Assembly (NCBI RefSeq): GCF_001194135.2
Contig: NC_068996.1
Location: 18,078,942-18,142,941 of the forward strand
Direction: 5' to 3'
Source: Octopus bimaculoides
Lineage: Eukaryota
Length of the DNA stretch: 64,000 nt
This document shows, piece after piece, positions 61,966-64,000 of the stretch. How positions within the stretch are numbered: the stretch's first letter is position 1; each line of letters opens with the position of its first letter. A program made the position numbers and the translations under genes. The notes beneath the pieces are model-generated. The model did not search any database, was not told the DNA's origin, and was given only the letters and a program-made list of their open reading frames with translations.

Positions 61966-64000
61966 GTGAAAAAATCTAAGTCTAAAAAGAATTCTGGTAA
62001 CAAAAGCAATAAGAAAAAGAGTAATTATAAGAATTTTAATAGTAGGCAAAACACTTCTGATGAAAAGCTAACTTCTAGCCGTAAGAGTTCTCGAAGATCT
62101 GCTGCTAGCTCAGACATTGCTAAATCTCGGAGCAATGGACTAAGTAGCACTAGAAAGTCACTCATTAATAATAATGAAAAAGATGAAAACAGTTCAAGTC
62201 GGGGTGGGAAAATGAAGGGCATTAATTCCGTAAGATCTGAACACTCTTCACCAGTAAGCACTGGTATGTTGAAGCATGCTCTTAAGAAGGATGTTTCAAA
62301 GATTCCATCCAATCCTAGTGCCCAAAACAAGGCTACTTCAAATCAAAAAGTGCTAAATCTTAATTCCATTTCCAGTAAGAACAGTAATTCTGTAATTAAC
62401 ACCAAAACATCTGCTTCTAGTACTGTCGGCAATCAAAAGTTGGTAGGGTCTAAAAGAGCTAAAAAAGGAGTCGGGGCTAATAAAAAGAAGGTAGGCGGTC
62501 CTGGTAGAAAACCGGTTGGTTCAGGCAAAAAAGGTGCTGGGTCTAAGAAATCTAATACCAAAAAAGCAAACTCTAACAAAGTTGCATCTACTAAGAAGTT
62601 ATCAGGTGGTGTAATATCTAAGAAATCAGCTGCTACATCAACAGTTGGTACATCCACTACTACTACTACTACTAGCAAGAAAGGGTCACAGGTAAATTCT
62701 GTTAAAAAAATTAAAGTGAATTCTAAGAAACTGCTTAGAGCTACCCTAATAGCTCAGGAGAAACTAGCTGCTGATTTACAGGTAGCAGCCACTACGACTG
62801 CTTCAACACCTGTTCCAGTTTCTTCTGCTAGGATATTAGAAACAGCCGTAAAAGTTTCAGAACATGTAAAAGTAGAGTCGAAATCAACCAGCAAACTACC
62901 AACCAATTCAACCGTAAAAGTGTTGTCAGCAGCAGCAAAAACTACTCATACTTTAACAGTTAGCACATCTACTCAAATGGCTTGTGCCTCATCTGTTAGT
63001 ACCTCTGTCACACGTGTTTTACCTGTGAGTTCTACTGGAACTTCTGTTCCACATATTGTTCCAGTCAGTGCAGCTACATGCATTGTATCTGGATCAACAG
63101 CTGCTCATGTCTGGACAACTTTAGCTCAAAAAGTACCAATTGGTCATATGGTGCCAATCAGAGCTTTAGGACAAAAAATACAGGTGCCAATGTCTGCTTT
63201 AACTCAAAAAGTACCTGTCAATACTATCACTCAAAAAGTACCTATTTCAACTATAACTCAAGTTCCTGTGTCTGCTATTACCCAAGTTCCTATTAGTAGT
63301 ATCACTCAAGTACCTGTCTCTGCTATATCTCAGAAGAAGGTACCTGTGTCAACTATAACTCATGTTCCTATGTCTGCTATTACACAGAAAATACCTGTAA
63401 CTGCTGTTACTCAAGTCCCCATTACAGCAATCACACAGAAGGTTCCTATTAAAACCTATTCTCAAAAGGTTCCTGTCACTACTATCACACAAAAGGTGCC
63501 AATTACTACAATAACACAGAAGATACCCTCTCAAAAGGTTCCCGTACCTATTGCTACACATAAGATACCTGTAACTTTTGCTACACAGAAACTTCCGGTA
63601 TCTGTCTTACAGCAGAAACTTCCGGTATCTGTCTTACAGCAGAAACTTCCAGTATCTGTCTTACAACAGAAACTTCCAGTAACTATTGCAGCACAGAAAT
63701 TACCTACAACTTCTCTTACTCCAAAGTTTATAGTTTCTACTCCAACTCAAAAACTTTTATTTTCCACTCCAACCCAAAAACTATTGGTTCCAACTCAAGC
63801 ACAAAAGCTATTAGTCACCTCATCAACTCAAAAGATTTTAGTATCGGCTCCTACGCAAAAACTATTAGTTGCAACCCCTACTCAAACGCATCTAGTTTCT
63901 ACTGCACCAAGCCAAAAATTACCCCTGATATCAACTCCTACCCAAACTGTGCCAGTGTCCACTATTCTTCCTAAGGCAGCAGTTACCACTTCAACTACAC
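61966..64000 (+). CDS. dom: In-frame read-through extension of exon 35: Lys-rich then TQKVP-repeat low-complexity C-terminus, open at window end
   Basis: Manual translation in the exon-35 frame finds no stop over 2035 nt (VKKSKSKKNSGNKSNKKKSNYKNFNSRQ...LPKAAVTTSTT). Probably omitted from the ORF track because it has no stop inside the window. Confidence 0.85.
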   Translation, partial: MKKSKSKKNSGNKSNKKKSNYKNFNSRQNTSDEKLTSSRKSSRRSAASSDIAKSRSNGLSSTRKSLINNNEKDENSSSRGGKMKGINSVRSEHSSPVSTGMLKHALKKDVSKIPSNPSAQNKATSNQKVLNLNSISSKNSNSVINTKTSASSTVGNQKLVGSKRAKKGVGANKKKVGGPGRKPVGSGKKGAGSKKSNTKKANSNKVASTKKLSGGVISKKSAATSTVGTSTTTTTTSKKGSQVNSVKKIKVNSKKLLRATLIAQEKLAADLQVAATTTASTPVPVSSARILETAVKVSEHVKVESKSTSKLPTNSTVKVLSAAAKTTHTLTVSTSTQMACASSVSTSVTRVLPVSSTGTSVPHIVPVSAATCIVSGSTAAHVWTTLAQKVPIGHMVPIRALGQKIQVPMSALTQKVPVNTITQKVPISTITQVPVSAITQVPISSITQVPVSAISQKKVPVSTITHVPMSAITQKIPVTAVTQVPITAITQKVPIKTYSQKVPVTTITQKVPITTITQKIPSQKVPVPIATHKIPVTFATQKLPVSVLQQKLPVSVLQQKLPVSVLQQKLPVTIAAQKLPTTSLTPKFIVSTPTQKLLFSTPTQKLLVPTQAQKLLVTSSTQKILVSAPTQKLLVATPTQTHLVSTAPSQKLPLISTPTQTVPVSTILPKAAVTTSTT
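63121..63960 (+). repeat. Coding tandem repeat, about 24-30-nt units ((T/S)QK(V/L)P motif), including three near-perfect 27-mers at 63586-63666
   Basis: CAGAAACTTCCGGTATCTGTCTTACAG x2 plus one variant gives QKLPVSVLQ x3; flanking units TQKVPxxxI and TQKLLVxxP. Confidence 0.92.

Noticed and set aside
62025-63561. Minus-strand and off-frame ORFs at 62025-62330, 62433-62678, 63078-63296 and 63349-63561
   Set aside because: Shadows of the long + strand low-complexity reading frame.
63586-63681. Regular 27-bp direct repeats (CRISPR-like at a glance)
   Set aside because: No spacers, in-frame coding repeat, eukaryotic context.

Overview
AT-rich, microsatellite- and retroposon-dense animal genomic DNA. 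The repeat landscape looks like Octopus/coleoid cephalopod; this is an inference from pattern recall, not a database hit. The window is dominated by one + strand multi-exon gene, a Domino/SRCAP/EP400-family SWR1-type chromatin remodeller. I hand-assembled 35 coding exons from ATG 14582 to 61965, all GT-AG and phase-consistent (6669 nt, 2223 codons). Domain order is EP400_N-like block, HSA, acidic tract, Snf2 lobe 1, long S/T/V/Q-rich insertion, HELICc lobe. The gene runs off the window end. The most striking feature is missing from the ORF track: at 61965 a CAG|GTGAAA donor can be read through in frame into a stop-free ORF of at least 678 further codons (Lys-rich block, then about 30 degenerate TQKVP-type repeats). 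This resembles the Drosophila DOM-A/DOM-B two-C-termini arrangement. The likely promoter lies in a CpG-retaining zone (about 9.9-14.1 kb) containing a 358-bp fold-back element, with weak hints of a divergent minus-strand transcript. Introns carry two distinct RTE LINE families, tRNA-derived SINEs, TTAA-flanked piggyBac-like MITEs and an 8-bp-TSD MITE, some nested. There are three N gaps. No rRNA, tRNA gene or CRISPR array is supported.
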